This document shows positions 62,377 through 64,000 of a DNA stretch of 64,000 bases, piece after piece. The notes under the pieces were generated by a model. The model did no database searches. It saw only the letters and a program-made list of their open reading frames with translations, and was not told the origin of the DNA. The stretch is taken from contig NC_085843.1 of the NCBI RefSeq assembly GCF_035594765.1, positions 217,473,971 through 217,537,970 of the forward strand, in the 5' to 3' direction. The translations under genes and the position numbers were made by a program. Numbering within the stretch: the first letter of the stretch is position 1; each line of letters starts with the position of its first letter. The stretch comes from Anolis carolinensis (Eukaryota).

Positions 62377-62567
62377 GCTTCAATTTGGGTCAGCTTCCGA
62401 AAAGCCTGAACCTGGTTGAAGAGCAGGTTGGTGAAGCAGATCGGAAGAGGCGCCATGCCAAGAAAGATGATTACAACATAGAGGTTCTGCTGGCAGTGGA
62501 TGATTCAGTTGTACGGTTCCATGGGAAGGAGCACGTCCAGAATTACGTCCTCACCCTCATGAACATA
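62377..62567 (+). CDS. ADAMTS14: ADAMTS14 coding exon 4 (furin site RKRR and start of reprolysin metalloprotease domain); alternative start at 62371
   Basis: Encodes [64 protein letters not shown]. 'RRHAK' and '[10 protein letters not shown]' favour ADAMTS14 over ADAMTS2/3. Donor ATA|GTGAGG. The gene continues beyond the window. Confidence 0.95.
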
Positions 62568-63499
62568 GTGAGGCTCTTTCTTATAACTTTTGGTTCTTAT
62601 GGATGGGGGCAGGAGGCGAGAAATGAGTGAGTGTGATCTGTTTGGATATTATGCCTTGATAGGATGGATTTTGTATTTATATGAAATGTTTATAGCATCT
62701 TATGTTGATTCTCTGAGAGCCCTTCCACCCAGCTGTATAAAATTCACATTGAACTGGATTATATGGCAGTGCAGATTCAGATAACACAGTTCAAAGCAGA
62801 TATTGTGGATTGTCTGCCTTGATATTCTGGTTTAAATAATAATAATAATAATAATAATAATCATCATCATCATCATCATCATCATAATCATCATCTTTAT
62901 ATCCCGTCCCCTCTCCTCGAAGGGACTATATGGCTGTGTGGAAGTTGTTCTTTTTGCATGGGTATGTTTTCAAAATTGTATTTTTAAATTTTACATGATG
63001 TGAAGTTTTTTAGCTGTATCTTGAGAAACCATCTTGAGAAAAAGCAGAATGACAACAATAGCAGCAGCAATTAATTGGCTGCAGTATTGGAAGAGGCTCA
63101 GGGAAATCTCTTCCTAAGATCAAAAAATGAAGAGAGCCCAGTTGGGTGGCTGCATGTCATGGTAGTGTTGGAAGTTTCCAGAGGAGGTGTATTCCAGTGC
63201 TGAAAAAGAAAAGAAAAAAAGGCAGGAATACAAACACAGAAGAAGGGAACAACTGAACTATTGGGGTAGACTGGAGAAAGTCATTACTGATGGTGGTTGT
63301 TCCCTTATCCTGTCAAATTTCCTAGATGATAAAATCAGGAGTTGATCAGAAATCCCCCAAAGATCAAATACTGGATACTATTGGACATTCAATTTATATT
63401 CGAAAACCAATATATTCAATCAATATCTATTCCTTATTGGCTTGACAATACTTTGAATACATATCAAATAGCACTTTTAGGTATGTTCATAGGTTTTAA

Positions 63500-63865
63500 A
63501 TGTTTTTTTTTAATGAAGCATTTCCAAATAAAATTTAAACATTTCACACTAAGGGAATGTGGGGGCGAGGGAAAGAAACCAAAGGGAATAAAAAAGAATA
63601 TAGGGATAGAAGAGTTATTGTTAGTTAGTTGCACCTTTACAGATGTCTGATATGTCGTAGAGAAAGAACACAAAAAGTGTGGGTTGTTGGAATGGGGAGA
63701 GGTTCTTATATAACATTATAATTGTTACAATTAAATCATCTCTATTCCATTGACACACATTGCATAAGGTTTTGGAGCTTCTAACAAATCTAGTGTTATG
63801 GCTAGAAGTTGTATCTTCTTATTCTTTTTCAGATTGTTTCATGTTCTTCTAATTTTCTCTTCCAG
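63500..63865 (-). mobile_element. Probable L1 3' end remnant
   Basis: Poly-T start and composition similar to the other L1 fragments; no diagnostic motif. Confidence 0.35.
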
Positions 63866-64000
63866 CTATTAAATAAACTTTAATAAACTTTATTTTTATA
63901 TCCCGCCCCATCTCCCTGAAGGGACTTGGGGCGGCTCACAACAGGGACAAGCCCGAACAAGGACACAACATATTTGACAAAACTTAAAACATTTCAACAA

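Overview
Vertebrate genomic DNA from a squamate reptile, most likely an anole lizard (Anolis), judged from its repeat complement (Sauria SINEs, BovB, RTE-1, Penelope, hAT/Tc1/Harbinger MITEs). The only gene I can support is the 5' part of ADAMTS14 (procollagen N-proteinase family) on the + strand. It has a GC-rich promoter at about 34.85-35.3 kb and coding exons 1-4 (35320-35407, 39376-39794, 61392-61548, 62377-62567), covering the signal peptide, prodomain, furin site and start of the metalloprotease domain. The first 34.8 kb is intergenic and the rest is intronic. Both are dense with transposons, often nested, and many have readable target-site duplications (TSDs). The most interesting non-coding signal is a family of Penelope-derived terminal repeats carrying a minimal hammerhead ribozyme core (CUGANGA...GAAACGUC). 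Two copies form ~210-bp fold-back mini-elements, three lie in sense orientation inside ADAMTS14 intron 2, and three flank the promoter. Also notable: a Helitron that captured and tandemly amplified Penelope sequence, a MITE-derived satellite and a 194-bp palindrome in intron 1, a chimeric SINE, a tandem splice acceptor and a candidate uORF. Family names and human protein comparisons come from recall, not database searches.
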